This document shows positions 7,450 to 17,691 of a stretch of DNA of 64,000 bases, one piece after another. A program made the translations under genes and the position numbers. The stretch's first letter is position 1. Each line of letters starts with the position of its first letter. The stretch covers positions 8,979 to 72,978 of the forward strand of contig JANOQV010000149.1 in assembly GCA_031414955.1 (NCBI GenBank), given 5' to 3'. The notes beneath the pieces are model-generated. The model saw only the letters and a list, made by a program, of their open reading frames with translations, ran no database searches and was not told where the DNA came from. Origin of the DNA: Pedosphaera sp. GTDB taxonomy: Bacteria; Verrucomicrobiota; Verrucomicrobiia; Limisphaerales; SIBH01.

Positions 7450-10400
7450 TCACGGCGACAGCACGCGGTAGAAGCGGATCGGAAAGTTTGTCGAGACGAG
7501 GTCAATGAACTGATACACGCCGTTCGCATCCGAGTTATTCGTGGCGATGGGCAGCCACGGGATCGGTGGGTTCAAAGTTGCCGTCGCTTCGAGGACGTAG
7601 GGCGCATTCGAGATGCCCGCGCCGGTGAGGGTGAAGAGGCCGTTGCTGTTCACGCCGGAGAATTGAATCGTCGAGGGCGGCGCGCTGCCGCCGGGCACGG
7701 TGAGGGTCACGTCGTTGCCGTCGCCGCCGAGGTAGCTGATGCGCAGGTCCACGCCGCCGACGTTGGTCACAGCGCCCTCGGCGAGATTGCGGAATGGTTG
7801 GATGACGGCGTCAGCGCCGTCGTTGTCGATGATGGTGAACACAGTCCCCAACGGCGGCGTGAAGCCGAGGCTGATGGCCAGCAGGCCGTTGAGGTTGACG
7901 GTACCCTGCACGACGACCTGGTCGTAGTCCACGCCCGGCGTCAGGCCGTTCAACTCGACGGCGAGCGTCGGATTGAAGTTGAGGAAGAGATTGCTGGTGG
8001 TGAGCAGGCCGGGACTGGCGCCGGGCGCGAGCGTGCCAAAGTGGAGCAGGACGGTGCTGACGACTCCGGTGCCGCCGAAGTTGCCGCCGAGGCTGACGAC
8101 GGCCATGGCGGGGCTGGGGCCGTGAACCAGCGTGGTCCCTTCATTGAGTTGCAACGTGCCGCCGTAGCTGCTTGCTCCGGTGAGGATGGTCCGCCCGCCG
8201 CCTTGCGCCGTGAGGACGCCGGTGCCACTGACCGGCCCGGTCAGGCGCAACTCCCGGCCCGAGGTGAGCGAAAGGGCCACGCTGCCCGCCAGGCTGACGG
8301 ACGCCGGCACGCTGGAGGTGCCATTGATTACTCGGAACAGGCTGTTATCCAGAAACGACAGCGCGTTCTCAGCCAGCGTGGGGACAGCGTTCAACAAAAG
8401 CTGACCGAGGGCCTGGACGGTGACACCTCCGCCCACCGCGCCGAGGCCGAAGCCGTGCTCCACGGAGACTCCGCCAGCGGCGATGGTCAGCGGGCCGGTG
8501 AAGCTGTTGCTGGTGGTGAACCTCACTTCGCCGAAACCATTCTTGGTCACCGGGCCGGAGCCGCGCAGTTCTGAACCGGGGAAGAAGGCGGTCGATGAAC
8601 CGTTCATAGTGGTGATCTCCAGCGCGTTTGTGTCCGTGTTCCACACCGACTGGAGAACGAGGAGCGCGCCGTTTTCGTTCCGCAGGGCCAGCGCGGCCCC
8701 TTGGGTCACGGGCAGGAAGACGGTGTGCAAGACATCGCCGGCATGGACGAGGTCGCCGAACAGGCGGAGGCCGTTGCCCAGCAATTCGTAGCCGGTCGTG
8801 TTGTCGGTGAAGCGCAGCGAGGCGAACGCCGTGTCGGGCGCGAGGTCGTTGGTGTTGTTATAGCGCGCGGCCCCGCCGGGGAATATCAGATCGTCCCCGT
8901 TGGCGGGCACGACTCCGCCGGCCCAGTTCGCGCCCTCGCTCCAGAAGCCGCTGGTGCCCGCGCCGCTCCAAAAGCGCGCCACGCCGGTGGGGTTGAAAAC
9001 CGCGGTCAGGGTCACGTCATTGCCGTCGCCGCCGAGGTAGCTGATTTGCAGCCACACGTTGCCGCCGCCGTTGATCAACTGGCCCTCGGGCACATTGCTG
9101 AAGGGCGCGAGAACGGCGTCGATGCCGTCGTTGTCAATGATGGTGAACACGGTGCCCACCGACGGCGCGAAGCCGGCGTTGACGTGGAGCGTGCCGTTGA
9201 GGTTGACCGTGCCGCGCACGACCACCTGGTCGTAGTCCACGCCGGGAGTCAGGCCGTTCAACTCGATGGAGAGCGACGGACTGACGTTCAGGAAAAGGTT
9301 GCTGGTGGTCAGCACGCCGGGGCTGGCTCCGGGCGCGAACGTGCCGGAGTTGAACTGGACGGTGCTGACGATTCCGGTGCCGCCGAAGTCGCCGGCGAAG
9401 CCGAGCACGGCCATCGCGGGGCTGGGGCCGTGAACGAGTGTGGTGCCGGAATCGAGTCGCAACGTCCCGCTGTAGCTGTTGGCCCCGGTGAGGAGGACGC
9501 GCCCTCCGCCTTGCGGCCGGAGTTCGCCGCTGCCGCCCACGGGGCCGGTCAGTTGTAACTCCCGGCCAGAGCCGACGGAAAGCACCACGCTGCCCGAGAG
9601 GGTCACGGACGCCGGCACGCTGGACGTGCCATTGACCACATGGAACGTGCTGTTATCCAGAAAGGTCAGCGCGCTCTCGGCCAGCGTGGGGATCGTGTTC
9701 AACGAGAGACGGCCGCCGGATTGGACGGTGACGCCGCCACCCGCCGCGCCGAGGCCGAAGCCGTGACTCATGTTCACTTCGCCGAGAGCGATGGTCAGCG
9801 GGCCGGTGAAGCTGTTGCTGGTGGTGAGTTGCAAAATACCTGAGCCGCTCTTGGTCACCGGGCCGGAGCCGCGCAGTTCCGCACCGGCGAAGATGGCGGT
9901 CAATGAACTGTTCGGCGTGGCGATGTCCAGCCCATGAACGCCCGCCTCCCACACGGACTGGAGAAAGAGGATCGAGCCGTTCTCGTTCCGCAGGGCCAGC
10001 GCCGCGCCTTGCGTCACGGGCAGGAAGAGGGCGTGCGGGACCGTGCCGGCATGGACGAAATCGCCGAACAGGCGGAGGCCATTGCCGTAAAGACTATAGC
10101 TGTCCGTGCCAGGCGCGGTGATGCGCAACGAGGCGAAGGCCGTGTCCGGCGCGAGGTCGTTGGTGTTGATAAAGCGCGCGGCGACGCCGGGGAATTCCAG
10201 CGCGTCCCCGTTGCCGGGCCCGATGCCGCCGATCCAGTTCGCGCCCTCGCTCCAGAATGCGCCCGCGCCACCGCCGCTCCAGACGCGGGTGATGCCGGTG
10301 GGGAAGAAGGGCACGGTCAGCGTCACGTCATTGCCGTCGCCGCCCACGTAGCTGAGGCGGTAAATCGTGCCGTTGTTGGTCAACAACGATCCTTCGGGCC

Positions 10401-13400
10401 GGCCCGAGAAGATGCCGCCCACCGCGTCCGCCCCGTCGTTGTCGAGGATCGTGAGCACGGTCCCCGGCGGCAGAGACGTGAGATTGGTCACGGCCAGATT
10501 CGCGCCACTCACGGTCGCTGCGCCGTGGACCACAAGCTGGTCGTGGCCGGAGCCGGGGGCGGAACCGGCCACCTCGACGCGGAAGGTCACGAAGCTGTTC
10601 CAGAAAATGTTGCTGCTGGTGAGAATGCCCGGGCTTTCTCCGGGCGCGACGGACACGCTGTCAACATCACTCGTCATCGTTCCGACCACGCCCCGCCCGC
10701 CGAATTTGACACCATTGAGCAGGACTGCGTTGCCGGGCTGGAACCCGTTGATGATGGTGGAGGACGCCTGCGCGTCCGTGCGCGTGTAATGGTTCGTGCC
10801 GTTGAGCACCACGCCGGGGCCTTGAACCAGAAGCGTGGCCGGGACGGTTTCCGTGATCGGACCATCAATCGTCATCGAGCCGGCTCCGCCCAGCGTCACG
10901 TTCGTCGCCGTGAGGACGATCGGCGCCTGAATCCGGTTCGATCCGCTGATGGAACTCACCGTTCCGGCCACGGACAACGGCTCCGCGATGGTGATGCTGT
11001 TCTCCAGCCGCAAGGTCGCGCCCGCGCCGACCGTGGTGCCCGACGCCGTCGATCCGAGACCATCTGGATTCCCCACCCCCACGAGACCGGCCAGGATGTC
11101 CACCGGGCCGGAGAAGGTGTTGGTCCCTTGGAGCAGCAGGACGCTAGTCCCGGATTTCACCAGTCCGCCCGCGCCGCTCAACACCGAGGTTGGGCGAAAC
11201 GCCGTCGTCGAAGTCCCGGCCACGGTCAGCGTCTGCGCGCCCAGGGCGATGCCGCCCCGGAACTCCAACAGCCCCCCGCCCGCATTGCTGAAGGTTTGCG
11301 AAACGGGGAGTGAGACCGGGAAGCGCACCGAGTCCGTGCCGCTGGGCGCGGACATGGTGACGCCAGCCAGCAGCCGGACCTCGTTGCCCAGCATGATGTA
11401 GCCGCCCTGCTCGAAGCGGAGGGTGTTGAAGATGGTCCCGGCGGCGAAATCATTTTCACCGCTGAACCCCACCGCTCCGGCGGGGAACACCAGGTCGTCG
11501 CCCGGCTGCGGCAACACGTCGCCCACCCAGTTGGTGGGATTGCTCCACTGGAAATCGATGCCCGCGCCGTCCCAGGTGCGCGTCACGCCGGTGCCCACCA
11601 GGCCCACCATCCGCAGCGTCACGTCTTTGGCGGAAGGATCGTTGGTGTAACTGATTTGCAAGACGACGAATCCGTTCGTGAGGAGCGTGCCCTCGGGCAG
11701 CCCAGCGAACTGGCCGCTCACACTTCCGGTGTTGCAGTGGATAATCCGGAAGGTGTCGCCCACCACGGGCGTGAAGCCGAGCGAAGCGGTGAGTGCCGCG
11801 CCGCCGAGATTCAACCCGCCGAAGGAGAGCAAGTGATCGTAGTCCACGCCTTCGGTCGTGCCGTTCAACTCCATGGCCAGCGTGGTGGCGGGATTCCATG
11901 AACCGCCCGAGATGCGCAATTTTCCAGGACTGGTGCCCGGAGCCACGGTGCCGCCCGCCGCGCTCGTCACTGCGCCCGCCGTGCCGAACCCGCCCAGCAA
12001 TCCCCCATTGAGCGTGATGGGCACCAACGAAGAAGTGCTGTTCTGGAACACGTCACCCGCGTCAATCTGCACCACGGACGGCCCGGTGCTGGCGGCGATC
12101 AACTCCAGACGCCCCAACCCCGTCTTGCGAATACCCGTGCTGTCCGGCGTGGTGATGTCGGTGTTGAGGAGCAGGTCGGTCGCGACCGGACCGTTGGCAA
12201 TGTTGAACTCGCGCAGGCCGCCGCCCCGCACGGCGAGATGTCCGTTGATGCGCGCCGCCGCGCCGGAGGACGTGGCGTTGACGCGGTTGGTCACGGTGAG
12301 CAGGCCGCTGCCGGTGTTCACGACCGCGCCGGTCAGGGAGAGCGTGTTGAAGGCTTCGTTGAATCCGCCCAGGTCCAGCGTGCCCGCGCCATTCACGATG
12401 ACCGTCGAGCCGTCGAAAATCTGGTTCGACGCGGTGAGGGAGACGGCGGGCGTGCCCAGCGCCGCCGTGCCGATGGTGAGATTGCCGCGCACGGCGTTCA
12501 CGCCCGCCGGCTTCGAGAGAATGAGCGAGCCATTATCGACCAAGGTCACGGTGGTGTAAGTGTTCGCGCCCGCGCCGCCGTAAATGAGTCCGCCCGGACC
12601 GACTTTGCGCACCGTGCCCGAGCCGCTGATGACGCTGTTGACGGTGATGTTGCCGCCGATGCTGCTGAAGGTGAGCGCGGACGAACCCAGCGCGATGTTC
12701 CCATTCCACACCAAGGTCGCGTTCTCGTTGGTGATGCTCTGCGCCGCCGCCAGCGTGATGGGGAAACTCGCCGCGCTGCTGCCGGCGTAGCTCGCGAAGA
12801 CTCCGGCGTTCAACGAGAGACTGTTGCCAAACAAGTTGTAGCCCGCGCCGGTGACGCGGATGCGGTTGACCGTGGTGCCCGCCGGGAAGTTGTTCGTGTT
12901 CGCCAGCCGCAGCGCGCCGGAGGGGAACACCAGATCATCGCCGGGGAACGGCACCACGCCGCCGCCCCAGTTCGCCGCCGTGTTCCAGAAACCGTTCACG
13001 CCCGCGCCGCTCCACGTCCGCGTCACGCCTGTCGCGCCGATGCTGATGAGAATGAGTTCCACGTCATTGCCGTCGCCGGCGGAGTAAAGGATGCGGAAGG
13101 TGGAGTTGCTCACCGAGAAGCTTGCGCCGTCCGGCAGCCCGGCGAAGGTGCCGTTGATGAGATTCGCGCCGGTGTTGTCCACGATGAGAAAACTTTGCCC
13201 GACCACGGGGACGAAGCCACCGGTCAGCGTCACCGCAAGGGTGGCGTTCCCGAGCAGCACGTCCGCGTTGGCCACGAGCTGGTCATGGCCCGACCCCGGC
13301 GAGGTGCCGTTGATTTCCATGTTCAGCGTGGCCGTGCTGTTGAACTCGAAGTCCTTGTCCGAGGTGAACTGCCCCGGCCCGCCGTTGCCTGGCGCGACCG

Positions 13401-14100
13401 TGCAGCCGAGGCAGGTGAGACCGTTCACCCGGCCCTCGCCCATGACGGTGGTGTTGGTGTGCGCCGTGACGGGCGACGCGATCACCGCCGCGACGTGGAG
13501 CGTGCCGGTGTTGACGATGGTTGGCCCTTCGTAAGTGCAATCCACGCGCAGCAACAGCGTGCCGGCGCCGTTCTTGATCACGCTCGACGCCGCCGTGAGG
13601 CCGGAGATGCCGCCGCGCACGGTGATGTTGCCCGATCCGTCGAAGGTCGAGGTGAGAAGGTTCAGTTCCAGCGCACCATCGAGGTCCAGCGCAGCCCCGG
13701 CCTGCGTCACGTTGAACAGCGTCGGCGCCTTGTTCGTGATGGGAATCTCGAAACCCGTCAGCCCCGCGCCGTGCGTCACGCTCAGGCCGTTGGTGAGGTC
13801 GATGGCATTGCCCGTCGGCGTGGCGCGCACGGTGTAGCCGGCAACGCTGAAGGTGATGAGACCGATGTCGAACCCCGGCCCGAGGTCGTTGGTGTTCACG
13901 AAGGGCACGAGCCCGTTGAACGTCAGGCTGTCGCCGGACAGAGGCGCGAGGTTGCCGATCCAGTTCAAGCCGTTGCCCCACAAGTCGGTGGCTCCGCCGC
14001 CATCCCAGACCCGCGTGGCCGCGCGCGCCGGGAGCACGGTCAAGCAGAGCGCGAACAGAAGGCCAAGGAACAGGCGAACAGAATTCAGAGTTGTCTTCAT
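7450..14100 (-). CDS. large secreted/surface protein (~2216 aa): five tandem modules with autotransporter-associated beta-strand repeats plus a C-terminal RFYR domain
   Basis: signal peptide ending LPARA; five TRxWxGxG...NW...GDxLxF units, four closing with GDGNDV; LxKxGxGxLxL repeats; RBS aaggagg before the ATG at 14100; no beta-barrel. Confidence 0.9.
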   Translation of the reverse strand: MKTTLNSVRLFLGLLFALCLTVLPARAATRVWDGGGATDLWGNGLNWIGNLAPLSGDSLTFNGLVPFVNTNDLGPGFDIGLITFSVAGYTVRATPTGNAIDLTNGLSVTHGAGLTGFEIPITNKAPTLFNVTQAGAALDLDGALELNLLTSTFDGSGNITVRGGISGLTAASSVIKNGAGTLLLRVDCTYEGPTIVNTGTLHVAAVIASPVTAHTNTTVMGEGRVNGLTCLGCTVAPGNGGPGQFTSDKDFEFNSTATLNMEINGTSPGSGHDQLVANADVLLGNATLAVTLTGGFVPVVGQSFLIVDNTGANLINGTFAGLPDGASFSVSNSTFRILYSAGDGNDVELILISIGATGVTRTWSGAGVNGFWNTAANWGGGVVPFPGDDLVFPSGALRLANTNNFPAGTTVNRIRVTGAGYNLFGNSLSLNAGVFASYAGSSAASFPITLAAAQSITNENATLVWNGNIALGSSALTFSSIGGNITVNSVISGSGTVRKVGPGGLIYGGAGANTYTTVTLVDNGSLILSKPAGVNAVRGNLTIGTAALGTPAVSLTASNQIFDGSTVIVNGAGTLDLGGFNEAFNTLSLTGAVVNTGSGLLTVTNRVNATSSGAAARINGHLAVRGGGLREFNIANGPVATDLLLNTDITTPDSTGIRKTGLGRLELIAASTGPSVVQIDAGDVFQNSTSSLVPITLNGGLLGGFGTAGAVTSAAGGTVAPGTSPGKLRISGGSWNPATTLAMELNGTTEGVDYDHLLSFGGLNLGGAALTASLGFTPVVGDTFRIIHCNTGSVSGQFAGLPEGTLLTNGFVVLQISYTNDPSAKDVTLRMVGLVGTGVTRTWDGAGIDFQWSNPTNWVGDVLPQPGDDLVFPAGAVGFSGENDFAAGTIFNTLRFEQGGYIMLGNEVRLLAGVTMSAPSGTDSVRFPVSLPVSQTFSNAGGGLLEFRGGIALGAQTLTVAGTSTTAFRPTSVLSGAGGLVKSGTSVLLLQGTNTFSGPVDILAGLVGVGNPDGLGSTASGTTVGAGATLRLENSITIAEPLSVAGTVSSISGSNRIQAPIVLTATNVTLGGAGSMTIDGPITETVPATLLVQGPGVVLNGTNHYTRTDAQASSTIINGFQPGNAVLLNGVKFGGRGVVGTMTSDVDSVSVAPGESPGILTSSNIFWNSFVTFRVEVAGSAPGSGHDQLVVHGAATVSGANLAVTNLTSLPPGTVLTILDNDGADAVGGIFSGRPEGSLLTNNGTIYRLSYVGGDGNDVTLTVPFFPTGITRVWSGGGAGAFWSEGANWIGGIGPGNGDALEFPGVAARFINTNDLAPDTAFASLRITAPGTDSYSLYGNGLRLFGDFVHAGTVPHALFLPVTQGAALALRNENGSILFLQSVWEAGVHGLDIATPNSSLTAIFAGAELRGSGPVTKSGSGILQLTTSNSFTGPLTIALGEVNMSHGFGLGAAGGGVTVQSGGRLSLNTIPTLAESALTFLDNSTFHVVNGTSSVPASVTLSGSVVLSVGSGRELQLTGPVGGSGELRPQGGGRVLLTGANSYSGTLRLDSGTTLVHGPSPAMAVLGFAGDFGGTGIVSTVQFNSGTFAPGASPGVLTTSNLFLNVSPSLSIELNGLTPGVDYDQVVVRGTVNLNGTLHVNAGFAPSVGTVFTIIDNDGIDAVLAPFSNVPEGQLINGGGNVWLQISYLGGDGNDVTLTAVFNPTGVARFWSGAGTSGFWSEGANWAGGVVPANGDDLIFPGGAARYNNTNDLAPDTAFASLRFTDNTTGYELLGNGLRLFGDLVHAGDVLHTVFLPVTQGAALALRNENGALLVLQSVWNTDTNALEITTMNGSSTAFFPGSELRGSGPVTKNGFGEVRFTTSNSFTGPLTIAAGGVSVEHGFGLGAVGGGVTVQALGQLLLNAVPTLAENALSFLDNSLFRVINGTSSVPASVSLAGSVALSLTSGRELRLTGPVSGTGVLTAQGGGRTILTGASSYGGTLQLNEGTTLVHGPSPAMAVVSLGGNFGGTGVVSTVLLHFGTLAPGASPGLLTTSNLFLNFNPTLAVELNGLTPGVDYDQVVVQGTVNLNGLLAISLGFTPPLGTVFTIIDNDGADAVIQPFRNLAEGAVTNVGGVDLRISYLGGDGNDVTLTVPGGSAPPSTIQFSGVNSNGLFTLTGAGISNAPYVLEATATLNPPIPWLPIATNNSDANGVYQFIDLVSTNFPIRFYRVLSP

Positions 14101-14106
14101 AGATGC

Positions 14107-14138
14107 CTCCTTCAAAGGAGCCGGCCGGGCGCTGTCAC
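14107..14138 (-). promoter_or_regulatory. candidate ECF-dependent promoter (GTGACAGCG-N11-CCTTT) and RBS
   Basis: identical 9-mer GTGACAGCG also at 17710-17718, upstream of the kinase. Confidence 0.45.
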
Positions 14139-14190
14139 AGAAGAAGTGAAATTATTTGCGCGAGATTTTTTGCTGACGGGTGGCGGCGTC

Positions 14191-14222
14191 TTGGAGTGCG
14201 GTGACAAGTCCCCGCACTCCAA
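14191..14222. repeat. TTGGAGTGCGG-type REP-like hairpin
   Basis: ttggagtgcgg-tgacaagtcc-ccgcactccaa. Confidence 0.75.
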
Positions 14223-14223
14223 G

Positions 14224-17200
14224 TCAGCGGGTGGCGGCTCCGTTCGCGGCGTCGAGACGCGTCTTCCACTGCGCGGCTTTCTCGGGCTTGGGCCAGGCTT
14301 CGTAGAGGCGCGGGAGGCGGGCCAGGGCGTCGCGGCGGTAGTTCGCGGCCACCGAGGGATCGGCCTCCAGCGCGGCGGAGGATTCGAGCAGGAGTTTTTC
14401 CGCCTCGGCGAAGCGCGCAGTCCGCTGGTCGGGCGCGAGGTCCGGTTCGATGACGGCCACCACAACGATGGCGAAGCCGAGGCGGCTGACGGTGTCGGGG
14501 AACCGCCACTTGGGGTTGTTCGCGCCGGCTTCGCGGGCGGCGCGGCAGTCGCGCAGAATTTGCTCGGCTTCGCGGGCGCGGGCCAGGGAGTTGCCCGAGC
14601 CGCGCTCGGTCCAGGCCCACTCGGAAAGGCAGCGGGCCAGCGTGGCGGCGATGGCCAGCGAAGTTTCGCTGTTGGTCTCGCCGCGTTTCACCTTGCCCTC
14701 ATGGAACTGGCGGAAAATCGGCTCGGCCTCGGCGAACTTGCCTTCGCGAAACAGATTGTCGGCCCGGGTGTAGGCGAGGGTGGAGCCGGTGAACATGGTC
14801 GCGGCGGAAGCTCCGCTCCCGGCGATTTGTTTCTGCCGGTCGTCGAGCGTCGCCTGGAATTGCTTCGCCTCGTCGGCCCGGCCCAGGGCCGTGGTGATCT
14901 CAATCAGGGTTTGCAGGGAGCGCAGCGTGTCCGGGTGGTTGGGGCCGAGCGCGCGTTCCTGCACCCCGAGATTGGCGCGGTGCATGGACTCGGCGTTGGT
15001 GCGGCGGCCCTGCTGCCAGACGGCGCGCGCGAGTTCGTGCGCGGCTTGCAGCGTGACGCGGTCGTCGCGGCCGCGACCCTGGCCGAGCAGGGCCACGGCT
15101 TCGCGTCCGAGCGTCTCGGCCGCGGGCCAGTGGCCGAGTTCCCCTTCGAGTGCGGCCAGTTCCTTGAGCGCGCTGGCGCTGTGGGTGTGGTTTGAGCCGA
15201 GCGCGCGGCGGCTTCGCGTCAGCGTCTCGCCCAACACGCCTGCGGCCTCGTTGCTCCGGCCCGCCGCGCGATGGACGCGCGCCAGATCGAGTTGCGCAGC
15301 CAGCGTGTCAGGATGATCCGGGCCGCGCATCTTGAGATACGCTTCCACCACCTGGCGCACAATCGGCTCGGCCTCGGCATGGCGATCCTGGGTGATGAGT
15401 CCGCCGGCCAGATGGTCGAGTGCGGCCAGCGTGTCGGGGTGCGCGTCGCCCGCGTGCTTGTGCAGGCCGGCCAGCGCCTCGCGCAGCATGGCGTCGCCAT
15501 CCTCGCGGTGCCCGGCCCGGCCATAGACGTAAGCGAGGTTGCTCAAGGTGCGCAGCGTGTGCGGATGGTCGCGGCCCAGCAGCTTCTGCTGGTGTTCGAG
15601 AACGGATTCGTAAAGGAGGCAGGCCACGGGCCACTGGCCGAGTTGAACTTTGACCGCAGCCAGTTCCGAACCGGCCTGATATTTCTCGGGCGCGTCGGGC
15701 GGATAGCGCAGCCGGTAGATTTCAACGACTCGCGCGAGGGCCCGCTCGGCCTCGGCGTAGCGGGCCTGGGCCAGCCACACGCCGGCCTGGGCGCGCTGGG
15801 TCCGGAGGGTGTCGGCGTTGGTCGGGCCAAGCGTGCGGGTCTGGATTTCGAGCACGCCCGCGAGCCGTTGCTCGGCATTGGTGTAGCGGCCCCGCGCGGT
15901 CTCGACGCGCGCCAGATCGACCAGCAAACGCAGGCGGCGCGGGTCTTCCGGTTTCCAGAGCGCGCCGCTGATTTCCAGGGATCGGCGCAACAGCGCCCCG
16001 GCCTGTTCCGCGTGGCCGAGTTCCAAGGAGGCCAGCGCCACCTCCTGCAACGCGGTCAACGTGTCGGGATGCCCCGCGCCGGAAATCTGTTCGCGCAAGA
16101 CCCGCGCGCGTTCGGCGTGGCGCAGGGCGTCGTTGAAGAGCGCGAGGTGGCGCGAGGTCGCGGCCATGATTTCGCGCACCTCGGCTTCGACCTCGGGCTG
16201 ATTGGTAAGCGTGGCGTCCACCCGCGCCGCCGCCACGGCGACCATTTCCCGCAACAGCCGCGTGTCGCGCCCGAGCGCCTGATCGGCGGTGACGCCGCCG
16301 AGCAGTTCCTTGAGGAAGGCGGTGGTCTGCCGGCTCTTGGCGCTCTCGGCCCGGGCCTGGCGGGCGTGATCTTGCGCCACGGCTCGGGCGTGATCGGCGC
16401 GGATGGCCTGCACCCAAGCCACTGCGGTGCCGACGACGAGCGCCAGCACCGCGACGGTGGCGAACGCGGCGGGGAAGCGATTTTTCTCCACCCACTTGCG
16501 CGCCTTGTAAATCCGGCTGGCCGGGCGGGCCTGAATCGGGTCGCCGTTCAAGAAGTTCCGCAAATCATCGGCGAGCGCCTGGGCCGAGCCGTAGCGGCGC
16601 GAAGAATCCTTCTCCAGACACTTGAGGCAAATGGTTTCCAGGTCGGCCGGCACGCTGGTGTTCAACTGGCGCGGCGCAGGCGGCTCCTGTTCCGCCACGG
16701 CGCGTAGCACTTCCGTGGCGTTACCCGCGACAAACGGCGGACGCCCCGTGAGCAGGCAATAGAGAATCCCACCCAGCCCATACACGTCGCTCCACACGCC
16801 GATCGGGCCAAACCGTGACGACGCCTGCTCGGGCGGCACGTAGCCCGGCGTGCCAATCATGTCGCCCGTGGCGGTGAGGCTCGACTCCTGATCGATCTGC
16901 CGCGCCAGCCCGAAGTCCGTGATGCGCGGTGCGCCCTGCGCATCGAGTAGCACGTTGGAGGGTTTGAGATCACGGTGCAGCACGCCCTGGCCGTGCGCGT
17001 ACTCAATCGCCCCGGCCAGCGTGAGAGCCAATTCCGCCGCGCGCCGCGCCGGCCACGGCTGGCCGCGCGTCTTGTCCCCGAGGTCCGCGCCCTCGATGAA
17101 TTCCATGGCGAAGAACGGCTGCCCCTGGTCCTCGCCCCAATCGAGAATCTTCACGATGGCCGGATGGCTCAACCGCGCCGCCGCCTGCGCCTCCTGCACA

Positions 17201-17520
17201 AATCGTTTCTTGAAAGCGTCACTCGCGTGCGTGCCGCCCAGCAGCATCTTGAGCGCGACGGTGCGGTTCAATTCCGCCTGCCGCGCCCGGTACACCACGC
17301 CCATGCCGCCGCGCGCCACCGTGCCGAGAAGGGTGTACTTGCCCACCGTCGCCTCCGACTCCTCCCCCACCGGCAGGTCGTCGAGGAAGCCCGGCCCGAG
17401 CGGCGTGGAATCCGGCAACTCCAGCGCGCGCCGCATCAGGCAGCGATCACAGGCCGCGTCTGGCGAGGGCAACACCGCGCCGCAGGACTCGCAAACGGGA
17501 TGAGCGCTCAAGCCGTTCAT
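14224..17520 (-). CDS. Hanks-type Ser/Thr protein kinase with N-terminal Cys motif, one TM helix and C-terminal TPR repeats
   Basis: CxxC...CxxC; ARGGMGVVY, VALK, HRDLKPSN, DFG, GTPGYVPPEQ; TM FATVAVLALVVGTAVAW; LGxxHPxTL TPR repeats. Confidence 0.95.
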   Translation of the reverse strand: MNGLSAHPVCESCGAVLPSPDAACDRCLMRRALELPDSTPLGPGFLDDLPVGEESEATVGKYTLLGTVARGGMGVVYRARQAELNRTVALKMLLGGTHASDAFKKRFVQEAQAAARLSHPAIVKILDWGEDQGQPFFAMEFIEGADLGDKTRGQPWPARRAAELALTLAGAIEYAHGQGVLHRDLKPSNVLLDAQGAPRITDFGLARQIDQESSLTATGDMIGTPGYVPPEQASSRFGPIGVWSDVYGLGGILYCLLTGRPPFVAGNATEVLRAVAEQEPPAPRQLNTSVPADLETICLKCLEKDSSRRYGSAQALADDLRNFLNGDPIQARPASRIYKARKWVEKNRFPAAFATVAVLALVVGTAVAWVQAIRADHARAVAQDHARQARAESAKSRQTTAFLKELLGGVTADQALGRDTRLLREMVAVAAARVDATLTNQPEVEAEVREIMAATSRHLALFNDALRHAERARVLREQISGAGHPDTLTALQEVALASLELGHAEQAGALLRRSLEISGALWKPEDPRRLRLLVDLARVETARGRYTNAEQRLAGVLEIQTRTLGPTNADTLRTQRAQAGVWLAQARYAEAERALARVVEIYRLRYPPDAPEKYQAGSELAAVKVQLGQWPVACLLYESVLEHQQKLLGRDHPHTLRTLSNLAYVYGRAGHREDGDAMLREALAGLHKHAGDAHPDTLAALDHLAGGLITQDRHAEAEPIVRQVVEAYLKMRGPDHPDTLAAQLDLARVHRAAGRSNEAAGVLGETLTRSRRALGSNHTHSASALKELAALEGELGHWPAAETLGREAVALLGQGRGRDDRVTLQAAHELARAVWQQGRRTNAESMHRANLGVQERALGPNHPDTLRSLQTLIEITTALGRADEAKQFQATLDDRQKQIAGSGASAATMFTGSTLAYTRADNLFREGKFAEAEPIFRQFHEGKVKRGETNSETSLAIAATLARCLSEWAWTERGSGNSLARAREAEQILRDCRAAREAGANNPKWRFPDTVSRLGFAIVVVAVIEPDLAPDQRTARFAEAEKLLLESSAALEADPSVAANYRRDALARLPRLYEAWPKPEKAAQWKTRLDAANGAATR

Positions 17521-17533
17521 GCGGATTTTTTTG

Positions 17534-17675
17534 AACCACGAATGGACACGAATTCACACGAAATGGAACCAGGAATTGAGACACGGATTTCACGGATGAG
17601 CACGGATTCAATCCGTGAAAATTCGTAAAATCCGTGTCTGAACTTATTCGTGTTCATGCGTGTCCATTCGTGGTT
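17534..17675. repeat. nested palindromic element (CACGAA/CACGGAT 9-10-mer arrays)
   Basis: outer arms 17534-17562 and 17647-17675; inner arms 17580-17607 and 17611-17638. Confidence 0.8.
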
Positions 17676-17691
17676 TCAACTGCTTTCTCCA

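Noticed and set aside
7450..14100. Classical type Va autotransporter
   Set aside because: No C-terminal beta-barrel or terminal aromatic residue; the protein ends in the short RFYR domain.
17534..17675. CRISPR array (also considered for 20246-20372 and 24682-24821)
   Set aside because: Units are 7-10 bp, tandem and inverted, with no unique spacers, and there are no cas genes in the window.
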